Notes: generated from the sequence alone by a model not told the origin. A DNA stretch of 64,000 nucleotides from Eledone cirrhosa (GCA_964016885.1 OZ024743.1:123132001-123196000); one strand, 5' to 3'; shown: positions 1-15,233, counted from the first letter of the stretch. Program-made: numbers and translations.

Positions 1-1633
1 CTAAATAAATTCATTGAGGTAATTATATATTTACCACTGTTTCAAGGGGAAATACGATGCAGAAGAATTGAATGAAACTTTCGACAAAATAAATCATGTG
101 GTGGTCTGAATAACAATTGATCCAGACCTGTATCTACAAATATCGCATAGCTTAAATAACTTAAACTATTTATTAGAAATGCATATAAAACCTTTGACGA
201 AATATTATATTATGATTAAAAGAAGAGAAGAGTATAACAATGAATGAATATATATTATTCAAGGAATTCTACGGCAATTACTTTATTCTTTTGATGAAGT
301 AGAATATAGCTAAACTATAGAAACTGGTGTAAAAAGAAAAAAAAATCTATCATGTCATTAATCTAATATTGCTTACACATACATGTGGATAACTAATGGA
401 GACAGTTAAAGGGATTTATAGAACCATAAGGATAATGACCGGCTTGAGCTAAGATTAGAAATGTAAAGAAAGTTTTCTTTTAATTGCTTCAACTAAATGG
501 AATTCTGCAAGCCACAAAATAAAGGAAGCACGCACAGTGACGGATGTCTATTATTATATGTAATAGAACTGTTGTTACAAATTATTGATGTTAAAATAAT
601 ACGTTAGAAAATGTGTTGAATCCTAGTTTATTTGACTCCCAACAATAATAACTAAATCTTGGGTATAACGAGATAACGAGGGTGACTCTGCGCTCGATCT
701 GCTAGAAAAAGAAGCTAAATTTCCATCAAACCATACGCTACTGCAATAGAACAGGATATACAGTGGATAATATAGCCTTAGATACGATATGCCCGAAAAA
801 ATATTCTATCGTCAGGATGCTTGATAATATAGTACATCTTACGTCTAAATAATATTCTCTCAAATGACAGAAGCTATCAAAATATATTCTGAAGCACAAT
901 ATTAGTCGAAAATAGGATTTGACTACCAATGTTAAAACAGTATGTGGATTTGAGAATTACATTTGAATTAATTTTATCATATTAATCGAGTATTAATATT
1001 ATCTTAAATATGGATTGTTAAACGACAGGCGCACATGGTCTTCATGAATAATTTTTCAAGCCAATAACTTCTGTAGCTAGTTTGTTAGAGGCTAACTGAG
1101 TGAATGGATAAGCTTGTGAGTAAAGAGATTGGCATTTCGTATTTGTAGTAGTACACTTAATTACACACACTTCAGTTCACTTCGTCTGAAATACGCATCA
1201 CATTTTCTGGAAAACAATAGGGATGGGGCGTTGACTGATGCATGTAATCCATAAAGGTCAAGATAGTATATTCTTATTTGGGGCTACAGCTTTCGGAAGG
1301 TGGAAATAAGAACTTGTGATTTTTATGAATTATCAAGGACATTAGAAGCAAATGTAAAATATATTGGTCTCAATTGGGAATTGAAATTGATTCACAGTCT
1401 TGGATCGCCAAGAATGTATTATGTGTTATATGGCGTTCCGTATATATTTTTTTAATAAGTTCTTATCTTTAAAAAAAAAAAAAAATTCAATCTTGTCTAA
1501 TCAAAGAAGATAGTCAACTAAGGACCTGAAAATGAAAGTACAGATGATTCTAATGTCTTGGGGGAAATACCCAGTAGTAATTAGATGTATGTATTTATAA
1601 ATGTATGTATAGATGAATGGGTGGATGGATAGA

Positions 1634-1678
<45 letters not shown>

Positions 1679-1704
1679 ACAGACAGACCTACAGACGGAC
1701 ACAG

Positions 1705-2130
1705 AGATATGGCTGTGTGTTTAAGGAATTCGCTTCGGGAAAGCTTGGTCGTAGGTTATATCTCGTTGCGCAGCAACATCGGCAAATGTCTACTAATATA
1801 ACTTCAATTTGATCTAGGTTTTGTGAGTAGAATTCACTAGAGAGACACTGCAAATGCCCGTAGTATATATGTGTGTGTGTGAGAGAGAGAATGTGAGTGG
1901 GTGTGTGAGAGAGAGAATGTGTGTGAGAGAGAAAGAGAGTGTTTGCGCGTGTTTGTGTGTGGGAACCCGTTTGTATCTCTGTCTATGTTTATGCCCTGTA
2001 ACATAGCGGTGCGTCAAAAAGAAAAAAAAAGGGTCGCCCAAATAAGTACCTGGGGTCAATATGATCGACTAAACCTGAGTGGTGCCCCAGCATTCCCCTA
2101 ATCTAATGACTTTAAAAAGTATTTAAAAAA
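1705..2130 (+). mobile_element. Degenerate tRNA-derived octopus-type SINE with internal (GT/GA)n
   Basis: A-box-like TGGCTGTGTG head, body ...GGCAAATGTCT...TTGTGAGTAGAATT, tail TAAGTACCTGGGGTCAAT...CGACTAAA...CCAGCA; recognised from recalled cephalopod SINE consensus. Confidence 0.6.
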
Positions 2131-2313
2131 ATGAAAATTAAATGTATATGGTTATAAGGTCGCTAAGAGTGCTACAGGTAATCTATTACAATCTATTACA
2201 TGGTCAGGTAGTCTGCAACTTAGTAGGCATACCAACTAAATTAGTGTGGAAGCCATTAACGTATATATATATATATATATATGTATGGATGTATGGGTGT
2301 GTGTGTGTATGTA

Positions 2314-2419
<106 letters not shown>

Positions 2420-2496
2420 TATATTTAGAGTTATAAACTCAAAGAGTCCTTTACAATTAATTAGCTCAAAGAAAGAAGCATTTCTGAGCCGTGAAA

Positions 2497-3228
<732 letters not shown>

Positions 3229-3961
3229 CGTTAAGACATTTCAAACTATATCAAGCATTAAACTAATATACCATCATTTTTTATATTGTTTTACTGGCAT
3301 GTTTTGCCTTGTTGACTTTGACTCATACATGTATAAATACACACACACACACACACACGCGCGCGCGCGTGCACATACATATATATATATTTATATATAT
3401 ATATATATGTATTGACAGACAAAGAGACAGACAAATAGATATGTATGTATATATATATGTATGTATGCATGCATGTATCCATGTATCTATGTGTGTTTGT
3501 TTAAGTACATACCGATTCAAAATATATATTGGCAGAGTTGTGCAAGAAGGCCACACCCTTAAATACTTCTCTATTTTTCTCTACGAATCTGGTAAAAGAA
3601 AATAAAGTTCTTTCTGTTCAATGCTTTTATTGTTGTCTTCATATCGCCTCGGTAACTTTTTCATTTTTCAATCTGTTCTGAAATCTTTTTAAACATCAGT
3701 GATTAGTACAATTCAAGAAGAAAAGAAAAGTATGTTTTGTTTTAAGGTTAGGAATTAGGGTTAGAATTTATGATTTGTGAGTATGTTTTAGGGTTACGAT
3801 TATTGCTTAGTTAAGATTAAGCTTTAGGATTCGGGGTTTGTACGAAGGGCTTTCTACTAAAGCGTGGAGTTAAATAAACAATAGGGAATTGAAAAACTTG
3901 GATTTGTGAAATTATTTATGTTTCTGCTTTTGTTAATTCTTTATTATAATATTATTATTTT

Positions 3962-4187
3962 GGGCGGTGGATTGGCAGTAGTGGTAGATCGTCAAACACT
4001 CTGCCTCGAGGCATAGAGTTATGCCCCTTTATATTCTGAGTTCTAATCCCGTCTTTGTTAGCTTCGCCTTTTATCCTTACGGGGGTCGATAAAATAAAGT
4101 ACCAATAATGTACTGGGGTCGATTTAATCGACTTTTCCCACCCGTTCAAATTGCTGCCCTTGTGCCTATAATAGAAACAATTATTAT
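3962..4187 (+). mobile_element. tRNA-derived SINE (family S)
   Basis: A-box TGGCAGTAGTGG, B-box GAGTTCTAATCC, core GCCTTT(C)ATCCTTACGGGGTCGATAAAATAAAGTACC, tail AGAAACAATTATT. Confidence 0.85.
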
Positions 4188-4325
4188 TGTTTTCTCTCTT
4201 TTTGTTATATCGTTTATTTTTGTTTCTATACTCATTTTTGCTTGCTGAAACCCACATTGCACCCTCCAATGTTGTCCTTAATGTATGTTTATGTAAACCC
4301 TTTGTGGTCAATAAAGAAATCATCA
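4188..4325 (+). mobile_element. Tx1-clade LINE 3'UTR fragment
   Basis: Ends ATGTAAACCCTTTGTGGTCAATAAAGAAATCAT, matching the 3' end of the Tx1 copy at 4633-5593. Confidence 0.7.
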
Positions 4326-4334
4326 TTGTTATTA

Positions 4335-4440
4335 CTGCCGAGGTTAGCTTTGCCTTTCACCCTTACGGGGTCGATAAAATAAAGTACCAGTAATGCACTG
4401 GGTAATTGCTGGCTTTGTGCCTAAAGTAGAAACAATTATT
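4335..4440 (+). mobile_element. SINE family S, 5'-truncated
   Basis: Core and tail match the other S copies. Confidence 0.85.
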
Positions 4441-4560
4441 ACAGCAAGAACACTCCGATACGTCCTGAATATCTGAGGCTGCAGGTAGCGGCTTGATATT
4501 CATTTCAACAAACTTTCCAGTTAAATAACATCAATGACTGAGATTCAAAGAACAATAACA
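4441..4560 (+). mobile_element. R4/Dong LINE 3' terminus followed by (TAA)n
   Basis: Near-identical to 6423-6540 and 47769-47890. Confidence 0.85.
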
Positions 4561-4565
4561 ACAAC

Positions 4566-4616
<51 letters not shown>

Positions 4617-4632
4617 TATAATAATAATAATA

Positions 4633-5592
4633 ATGATTTCTTTATTAACCACAAGGGTTTACATAAAGTAGACATTAAGGACAGTGCAGGACAATGCAGG
4701 ACGGTAGAAATGGGCATTTCTGCGTGTAAAAAACAAAAACAGAGGATGTAACAAAAAATAACAATGAAAAATTCCCCAATAGGGGGGAGACTTCGGAGGG
4801 ACATTTGTGGAGAAAGCCCAGTAAAAAGCCACAATGACCCTGACCACCAAGGCAAGTGCCCTCTCCCAGTTTTCCACCTTTAATTTACAGATATATTCTC
4901 AGAGTAGGCCCATTCACTCGGGCCATTCTTGCTTCTCTCACCCATCTTTCAACAAAATGCTGGGAAGAGAGCACTTCCCTCTCTACTCTGATTTTCCTTT
5001 TCAAATGAAATTTGAAAAAGTCAATCAGAGCATCACCGAAGAGGTAAGTGCTCGTCTTCAGCCCTTTCAAACGTGTCCACCATACTATCTCTTTCGCCAT
5101 GGCCACCAGGCAGATAAAAACTGCCTGCCCTTCCCGGCTAAAGGAGGAGGGCGGGGCAATCCTCACGATGGACTCAGATGATAGCCGGATCCGTCCTAAA
5201 CGCGACAGCAGGTGTTCGACATAAACCCACAAGTCAGCAATTTTCGGACACTGGACGAGTGCGTGCAGGACGGTTTCGTCGCCCTGCGCGCATCTCGGAC
5301 ATGCTCGGCTGACGGCACCTCCATGCCTGTAGAGTTTATCCCGAACTGGCAAGGCTCCTCGGTAGCACTGCCAGGCCAGAGATTTCTGGAAGTTGTCCAT
5401 AGGCCCTGGCCCGAAAGTTCTTCCGAAGAGATTGGCTAGTTGATTTTCGTCGACGCCTAGAGTTTCCCCAAGTACGTCGTCGCTCTTCCCCTCCACTAAT
5501 CCTCTATAGAACGCCGAGGTGGAGTTTCCACCGATCACATTGCCCGATTGGTCGAGGGCTGTGAGCGCCTGAAGACATTCCAGTCTCCAGGC

Positions 5593-5593
<1 letters not shown>
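4633..5593 (-). mobile_element. Tx1/L1-clade LINE, 5'-truncated (ORF2 C-terminal zf-RVT region plus 3'UTR), inside (ATT)n
   Basis: ORF 4885-5592 has FQKSLAWQCYRGALPVRDKL...CPRC...ETVLHALVQC (CCHC); AATAAA at the 3' end; (AAT)n on both sides. Confidence 0.9.
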
Positions 5594-5653
<60 letters not shown>

Positions 5654-6544
5654 GGGGATGTCCAAGGAGGAAATAACATCAAGGAGAAAGAGCAGCCTTC
5701 AGGAAAAATCCCTTCATAGTACCTTCTTTGAGAAAACTGAATTTAGAGATCCACAGACATGGAACTGGTTGAAAAGAGGAGACCTTAAAAAGGCTACAAA
5801 GGGAATGTTAATGGCTGCGCAGTAGCAGGCCCTCAAAACGAAGTGGTTGAAACACCACATTTACAAGGAGGAGGCTAGCCCACTGTGCAGGATCTGTGGA
5901 GAGAGAGAGGAAACTGTGGCTCACATTGTATCCGAGTGTAAACACCTAGTCCAGACTCACTATAAGGGCTGGAGACATGATGTGATGGGCAGGGTGATCC
6001 ACTGGCACCTATGCAAAGTAAACAATTTACCACATTCTGAGAAGTGGTATGAGCATAAGCCAGAGGCGGTGATAGAAAACGAGCAGGTGAAGGTGCTGTG
6101 GGATTTTAGGATACAGACGGACAAGAAACTGGAACACAATAGACCTGACCTGGTGGTTTTGGACAAAGAAAAAAGATCGTGCCTGATTGTGGATGTGGCC
6201 TGCCCATTCGACACGAGAGTGCAAGAGAAGGAGAGGGAGAAAATTAACCGATACCAGGACTTCAAGTGGGAGGTAAAAAGGATTTGGAACTGCCATGAAG
6301 TCAAAGTGATCCCGATTGTCATAGGCGCACTAGGTACTATCTCGAAAAGTTTCCAGGGATGGTTAAAGAAAATTGGCCCCTTCACGCTTTTTGGAACGCT
6401 TCAAAAGGCATGCTTGCTGGGAACAGCAAGAACCCTCAAGATACGTCCTGAATATCTGAGGCTGCAGGTAGTGGCTTGATATTCATTTCAACAAACTTTC
6501 CAGTTAAATAACATCAATGACTGAGACTCAAAGAGTAATAACAA

Positions 6545-6545
<1 letters not shown>
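5654..6545 (+). mobile_element. R4/Dong-type LINE, 5'-truncated (CCHC plus REL endonuclease), inside (TAA)n
   Basis: CRICGEREETVAHIVSEC, RHD, NRPDLVV, DVACPFD, EKINRY, PIVIGALG; flanked by (AAT)n. Confidence 0.9.
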
Positions 6546-6575
<30 letters not shown>

Positions 6576-6577
6576 AA

Positions 6578-6784
6578 TAATTGTTTCTACTTTAGGCACA
6601 AGGCCAGCAATTTTGGGGGAGGAAAGTCCCACTGCATTACTGGTTTATTGACTGGTTTACTTTATTTTAACGACACCGTAGGGAGGAAAGGCTAAGTTAA
6701 CCTCGGCGGGATTTGAATTCAGAATGTAAAGGGCCGTAACTCTATGCTGCAAAGCATGGCGTCTGACCCTCTACCGATACTGCC

Positions 6785-6787
<3 letters not shown>
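6578..6787 (-). mobile_element. SINE family S between (AAT)n arrays; a second 3' fragment at 6836-6877
   Basis: Reverse complement of the S consensus. Confidence 0.85.
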
Positions 6788-6838
<51 letters not shown>

Positions 6839-6879
6839 TGTTTCTACTTTTGGCACAAGGCCAGCAATTACCCAGTAAT

Positions 6880-7885
6880 AGCTCAGGCTACGACATCTCC
6901 ACCTCTTCCTCGACGGTGATCAGGTGTGGTCGCTGTTTGCTAGACGCGTCTTTCCCCAGCTTATCTCATTGACGGAGCTGCAGTCCTGGGTCAAGCGAAG
7001 ACCGAGAGGGAGCGCTTGGAGACTGGAATGTCTTCAGGCGCTCACAGCCCTCGACCAATCGGACAATGTGAACGGTGGAAACTCCACCTTGGCGTTCTAT
7101 AGAGGATTAGTGGAGGGGAAGAGCGACGACGTACTTGGAGAAACTCTAGGCGTCGAGGAAAATCAACTAGCCAATCTCTTCGGAAGAACTTTCGGGCCGG
7201 GGCCTATGGACAACTTCCAGAAATCCCTGGCCTGGCAGTGTTACCGAGGAGCTTTGCCAGTTCGGGATAAACTCTACAGGCATGGAGGTGCGGTCAGCCG
7301 GGCATATTCGAGATGCGCGCAGGGCGACGAAACAGTCCTGCACGCACTCGTTCAGTGTCCGAGCATTGCGGACTTGTGGATTTATGTCGAACACCTGCTG
7401 TCGCGTGTAGGACAGATCCAGCTATCAGCTGAGTCCATCGTGAGGATTTCCCCGCCCTCTTCCTTTAGCCGGGAAGGGCAAGCAGTTTTTATCTGTCTGG
7501 TGGCCATGGCGAAAGAGATAGTATGGTGGACACGTTTGAAAGGGCTGAAGACGAGCACTTACCTCTTCGGTGATGCTCTGATTAACTCTTTCAAATTTCA
7601 TTTGAAAAGGAAAATCAGGGTTGAGAGGGAAGTGCTCTCTTCCCAGCATTTTGTTGAAAGATGGGTGAGAGAAGCAAGTATGGCCCGAGTGAATGGGCCT
7701 ACTCTGAGTATGTGTCTGTAAATTAAAGGTGGAAAACTGGGAGAAGGCACTTGCCCTGGTGGTCAGGGTCACTGTGACCTTTTAATGGGCTTTCTCCACA
7801 AATGTACCTCGGAAGTCTCCCCTCTATTGGGGAATTTTTCATTGTTATTTTTTTGTTACATCCTCTGTTTTTGTTTTTTTACACG
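6880..7885 (+). mobile_element. Tx1/L1-clade LINE, 5'-truncated ORF2 C-terminus plus partial 3'UTR
   Basis: ORF 6924-7721 is nearly identical to 4885-5592. Confidence 0.9.
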
Positions 7886-8030
7886 GCTCGATCCCCAAGC
7901 GATACCAGCCAAGTTCATGGATGATATCCAACCATCTTGCTCGGTCTCTACCACTGGGTCTACTGTCAGTTGGTTTTGCCCGTAAAATCTATCCATCGAT
8001 TCTTTCCTGAGACACTCCAACCACAAGCCC
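7882..8030 (-). mobile_element. RTE-clade LINE 3' coding remnant
   Basis: Minus-strand translation ILRAKPTDSRPSGRDRARWLDIIHELGWYRLGIEP resembles the RTE RPRGRP..RW motif. Confidence 0.6.
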
Positions 8031-8089
8031 AGGTGAATCCTTTTACAAAATTCAGTTTTAGGGAATTAATGAAGAAAGAATGTATATGA

Positions 8090-8480
8090 GGGGAAAGTTG
8101 CCTTTGAGGCATCTTGAATCGCATACGAGAAAGTAAAAAGAGATGTGAGGAAGGGCAATACTGTTGCATTTCCAGACAGCGAGGGTCCTCCTATGGCGCT
8201 GACATGCAGCGTCTGTGCGAGACTCTGCCTAAGCAAAGCTGGACTCGAATGTCATCTTCGCAGTCATAAAGTGAGACCAGTGGTTTACTACCAGGCTGCT
8301 GTTGATGATGCTACTCATCATGCCTGCCAAGCATGTGGTAGAGTACAAACGACATGCAAAAGTACATGAACTCCAACCACAGCCGACTATTCCCAGTGAA
8401 TGTTTTGGTTGCCAACTCTGTGCAAGACATTTTAGATCATTGGCTGGGCTAAAAAGCCGCATTCGATCGCAGCACCGTTA
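8090..8480 (+). mobile_element. RTE/BovB-like LINE C-terminus with three C2H2 fingers (frameshifted)
   Basis: CSVCARLCLSKAGLECHLRSH; CQACGRV/KRHAKVH; CQLCARHFRSLAGLKSRIRSQH*. Confidence 0.6.
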
Positions 8481-8486
8481 ATTGTT

Positions 8487-8532
<46 letters not shown>

Positions 8533-8591
8533 GATATGTATGTGTGTGTGTATATATATGTATATATATTATTATTATTATTATTATTATT

Positions 8592-8737
8592 ATGCTTTCC
8601 AGCATAGTTACGTCCCTTTACGATCTGAGTTCAAATCCCGCCGAGGTTAACTTTGCCTTTCATCCTTACGGAGTCGATAAAATAAAGTACCAGTAATGTA
8701 CTGGATAATTGGTCCCCTTGTGCCAAATGTAGAAACA

Positions 8738-8742
<5 letters not shown>
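8592..8742 (+). mobile_element. SINE family S, 5'-truncated, inside (ATT)n
   Basis: B-box GAGTTCAAATCC, core, tail AGAAACAATTATT. Confidence 0.85.
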
Positions 8743-8791
<49 letters not shown>

Positions 8792-8867
8792 GTCGTTATT
8801 ATTATGTTTTGTTTTCGTGCAATGGCCATACTCGATAACGAGGGGGCAGCCATCATGTATGTATGCA

Positions 8868-8933
<66 letters not shown>

Positions 8934-8965
8934 TATATACATATATATATATAAATATATATACA

Positions 8966-9001
<36 letters not shown>

Positions 9002-11986
9002 TGTATGTATGTATGTATGTATGTATGTATGTATGTATGTATGTATGTATAGACACTGGTGTTTCTAATTCATACAGCTATCTCTTACATTAATGTTTAA
9101 TGCGGGAGAACCCGAAATTAGAAAATTGGAATTATCTGAAAGCTCCCCCGATGATCTGCGAGAAGAATATCATTGTTAGAAAAAACTAAGAATTGCGCTA
9201 TTTGTACCAATCTGTATATCCCGCCATCTAATTTCTACTTAGAAATAAGTAATTCATGAGTGTATATTTAACTTCTCTCTACAACAAAAAATTGTGAATT
9301 TCTGTAGAGAATATAAGAATCGTTATCGCGATGCTGTGGGCAAAATGATGTTTATTTCACAGTTTCTTTTCACGATTTAAAAATATATCCAGAATGTTTT
9401 CTTGGAATTAGAATGAATTCTATTAGTTAACGTAAAGCACACAAGCGCTAAGTATATATAGATAAATATATGTGCATAGTCCATGTCTATATAGTGTATG
9501 TAAACAAATATAATACATAAAAATAACTATACTTTTCATAAACAAGTGCTATGTGTATCTCGAAATAATACAATAATTTTATAGATAACATACGTATGCA
9601 TCACATATACAGATACACCTCATTGTGGTAACGAAAGCACGTGAACGATATCGAACTGGGAAATATTCACCAAATCACACTGTACCATTTTACAAAGGAC
9701 AAGTTCGATTAAGTAATCTGAAGATAAGATAAGATGGTCATATTGAAAATGCCTTGAGTACGGGCTTACTCGATTGCGGCTGATCTGAACAAGATACAAA
9801 GCATAAATATTTTCTTTAGCTCAGTAATATATGTGTGTCGAAGACCCAGATGCGATTTCCTTTACCTGTTCAGGTTATTTCACTTCATTGCTTTATAACT
9901 TTTATGTAATTATGAACAAGGTAACAGCTATTTACTCTATGTCTCTTAGCTTGCTCAAAAACGAACTGACACTCATATAATAATTTGTAAGCTACCGACC
10001 ACCTAAATAGATGTAACAATTACTATTACTAACTGGAGATATTTTCCTTTTTACTTAATTTGAAAAAGGCATAATCATCAGAGCATTCCACTTACTCTCT
10101 TTGATATATATGGTCTTTGGTAAATATTTAAAAAAGAAAGAAAGAAATATATTATTTCATAGGTTTGATGGCCAGTATCTTAATATTTTTAATCAACGAG
10201 GTTAATCAATGAACAATAATTTGTATTGAATTGAGAGGAAGGCATTCACCTTTTTTCGAGAACTCAAATGAATTTGGTGAAGTGAACAGCTAACATTTGG
10301 AATTGAAAGAAGATCACCAAAAGCTTTCAATCCTGTTATCATGCATTACACAACCTTTAAATATATGTTTCAAACACATCACACACTAATGACGACGTCT
10401 GTATATAGAAAGAAATCTTAATAGGAGAGATATTTAATGATGGACAAGCGATAAATAATTTGTTCGACATATACAAATATATTTAAGAAATTGTGTGGAG
10501 AGACATGGCGAGGAATAAAATGAAATTTCTGCTTAATAGAAATGGGAGTTTATAATTGTATAGAGAGTGAATGAATGAAGACAGACATAGAGGGAAGAAC
10601 TGGGAAACGGAGAAAAATCTTATTTAGGAAATATAAAAATGATAAAAGGGGAAAAGAAAAAAGAACAGAATTGAAACAAATTTGAAAATCAAAAAAATGA
10701 GAGGAAAAGGAACGTGAGGAAGAAAATAATAATGAAATAAAAAGAAGAAAAGAGATAATATGCGTAAATATCTTAAATTGAGTAAGTGTAGTGACAATGA
10801 TAATTTCTTTTATTTGTTTTCCTTATTTCGTAAGTGTGCCATTTATTTGAAAACTCAATTAAGTATGCAATAATTTAAAGGAATTTAATGTCCATTTCGG
10901 TTAGGGTGCTCCCCTAACTTCAAACGTAGAACTCCTTTAATTCATTCTACGCAAAATTAGGAGATTATTAAATGAATAACATATCCCCCGACCAACACAT
11001 TGTCAACAGCGACATCGAGGAGTGGTAGAGGAATGGACGCATAGAAACGCGAAAACTAAAAGATTGTTCAAGCCTCTTGTCATATTCCAAAAACAAGCTT
11101 GCTTATTTCTTCTATCATTCTCCCAACCAACCATTCCATTGATGCAACGGTTCCAATTTCAGCGACTAAATGCTATCATCACCCACATCCAATTTTGTCA
11201 AACAAAAACATTTTTATTTATTTATTTATTTGTTTAATTATTTAACTACTTGTTTATTTCATTTATGAACGGACACAGAAAACACATTGTTCTAGACATG
11301 TTTTCAATCTGTTATATCATTAATTAAAAGATATTACACACATCCATATTAACAGAAAATTATACGCCATATTTTTTTACATGTGTGTGCCTGTGTATTA
11401 TATTGCATGAATGCCTATTATATTTCAGCTTGAACGAATACGTCTGGCTGGGTATAAAATGCTGCATTATTCCCTCAAACCTTTCTACCCTTAAATTGAT
11501 TTACATCAACCCACTTCTCTCAAAACACATGTACACCTACCCTCACCCACTATAGCCCAAACTAAAGCTATCCCCACCCACTATTCCCAAGACACCCGTT
11601 ATAGATACTCTGAAACTCTATTGCCCTAAAATAATTTACATTTATCCATCCTCACTAGTCCCCGAGCGCAGTTAAAAATATCTTCGCCCATTACCCTCAA
11701 TGCACTAATCTTACTCTACTATTCTCAAAGTGTCAGTTTAGCATATTTTGATTACCGTTCTTCATTTCTAAATATTAGTTAATAATTAGGCCCTATATTT
11801 TTTCTTCTAAGATACCTTCCCGATGAGAATGTAAGTTGCACTAATTTTTAAACAAAGTCAATCCCAATGGTAGGATTTAGAAACAGTATATCTCTTATTT
11901 ATCTTATTAAAAAATATATATATATTTTTACCCCGTGAGGAGAAATTACAGCGAGCATATTTATCCTTCACCCACACACACACCGG

Positions 11987-12674
<688 letters not shown>

Positions 12675-12814
12675 TGTATGTATGTGTATATAGTATAGGT
12701 AGTACGGTGAAATACTGGTGTTGGTGCCAAATCGAGCATTTTATGCAAAGGCAGAGTGTATATAATAAAAAAAAAGTTTCATTTACATATGAAATATTTA
12801 TTGCGTATCTACCT

Positions 12815-12892
12815 GTTACTTGCGTTTCGCAGAGGATTGGCTCAAGGGGACCCATAGGAGTTATGGATCCGACTCCAATATCGACCTGCTCC

Positions 12893-12893
<1 letters not shown>
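12815..12893 (-). ncRNA. Partial hammerhead motif with long stem II; core truncated by (TA)n
   Basis: ...GGA-GCAG[~55 nt with nested hairpin]CTGC-GAAA-CGCAAG-TA, then AATAAA. Confidence 0.5.
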
Positions 12894-12984
<91 letters not shown>

Positions 12985-14310
12985 TGTGTGTGTCTGTGTG
13001 TGTCTGTGTGTGTTTTACAGTAAATGCTCTTTCCTACTCCCTCTATATCTCTCATAATCGTGCTTCTATTAACATTATCCGAAAAGTTCCTATCAAACAA
13101 CCGATGCAACATTCACCACCTGACATCTCACATTTACCTTAAGCAAATAAAATAGGTATTACAAAGTGAACTTTTCTATATATGTCACACAAATAACACA
13201 TACGATGCGCATATCTTTCTGCCTAATTATACCATGTACCTAACCAGCTGAGGATCATACTGCACATCCCGATATGCAGTGATGAATCCTATGAGCAAAG
13301 TAGAGGTCTGGATTATGTTCATATGCACTTAATGCATACCATGTAATCATCAAAATTAGATATTGTGAGAAAAACCAACGTAGTTATTGTCAGATGTAAA
13401 TAAAACCAACTGAGAAGCTTTCTGGTGATCAAATGCAACATAAAATTGATACTTAGATCTAGAATTTCTTTTAAGCAAACAAGGAGTGTTGTAGATAAAT
13501 AAACTGAGCTCTAGAAACTAATCAAATGCATAACTACGAATAATATAGCCTTGAGGCAACAAGAATTTCACATTCATGCACTTCTTACAGCTAGCTCCCC
13601 AAGCTTACGCTAGAAATCTCCTGCACATATATCACAAAATCGATAAGTACGGAACGCTCCTGGAAAAAGCTTCATAAAGCGAATAAACAAGCCATCACAC
13701 ATGCGAACGCACATAAAACGTACGGACACTTATGCACACAATCAAACCAGGTTCGCATACAATTGGTTACATAACAATTTATAAGAACCGACGAGAGATA
13801 TTTTACCTATGAGAAGTAATTGTCATATCTCCTTCAAATCACATCTTTCCGTAAATAAAAATAACAAACAAACAAAAAACACTGACGCTTAGAAATAAAA
13901 CGTGATTGTCACATCTGGATCATCGTTGATCAGGGCTGCCACAGGGGCTAAACACCCACAACACGGGAATATAGTTAGAAAAAAATGTAGATATGGATAG
14001 ACATGCATAAAACCAGATGGGGTAGCTATTATAGATAACATACATAAAAGACATTGAATTATTTTAACCGTTTTTGTATATGATAGAAAGTCTGTATGGC
14101 CGATATGGCCGAGAGAATAAGGTAGTACAAAACGAACCAGAATGTTGGCGGTTCATGTACTGTCGACGTGATTCTGTTGTGGCCGTTTCCAGAACATGTG
14201 ATTCTTATACAACAGAGCTCAGATATATGTTGCACAGTAAGAACATCACACCGTCGCTTTAAACAGTGATACATTATCATCGTTGATGTTCTTTAGCCCA
14301 GCGTAGTCGT

Positions 14311-14698
14311 AATGATTGTTTCTACTTTTGGCACAAGGCCACCAATTATCTCAGTGCATTACTAGTGCTTTATTTTATCGACCCTATAAGGATGAAAGGC
14401 AAAGTTAACATCGGCGGCAATTGAACTCAGACCGAAAAGGGCCGTAACTCTATATTGCAAAGCATGGCGTCCGACCCTCTACCGATATTGCCAATCCACA
14501 GCGTAGTCGTAATAATTGTTTCTACTTTAGGCACAAGGCCAGAAAATCACCCAGTGCATTACTGGTACTTTATTTTATCGACCCCGTAAGGATGAAAGGC
14601 AAAGTCAACCTCGGCGGGATTTGAACTCAGATCGTAAAGGGACGTAACTATGCTGGAAAGCATGACGTCCGACCCTCTACCGATACTGCCAATCCACG
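14311..14698 (-). mobile_element. Tandem pair of SINE family S
   Basis: Two full copies; CAGCGTAGTCGTAAT is repeated before each. Confidence 0.9.
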
Positions 14699-15198
14699 CA
14701 GGCATATAAACAAACGATTACTTTTCAGATATGATCATCTTTTCTTTATTTAAAGACACCAAGAACTACATTGCCCAATGTGTGTTTACATTTTTAGGAA
14801 GTATACAATCTTCGAAGTATGCATCTATATTTAAGCCAGCAAAGTGTGCTGAGAAAGTGATTTACTTGCTATATATAACAGATCCAGAGATGCTAGAGTA
14901 GCTCACTCGCTGGCATGCAATGAGAATTTCGTTAATGTATAGTGATGTGCAAATATCTAACTGCGATAGACCAGGACCTTCAGTCATGGAAATCTAATCT
15001 CTAACCTTTTTAATGCTACAACCTTTGAGGATGCGCATAAACCATGGGGATAATTGTGGTTCGGAAAAGAATGAATTTCAGCTTTCCTTTATATGATCTC
15101 AAGCAATTTGTATATAGCTTTTTCTTTCACATTCCATGCCACTATGATTTACTTGTATATATTTTGCTTTTATACACACACACAAAGAAAAAATACTC

Positions 15199-15233
<35 letters not shown>

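Noticed and set aside
670-830. Old diverged repeat (also about 9620-9800, 13790-13960, 27330-27440)
   Set aside because: Too decayed to bound or classify by eye
3740-3845. TTAGGG-like hexamers as an interstitial telomere
   Set aside because: Too few and too degenerate; not a tandem array
4834-7772. Antisense ORFs over Tx1 and Dong copies (e.g. 4834-5181, 5960-6385, 7425-7772)
   Set aside because: Shadow frames of retroelement coding sequence
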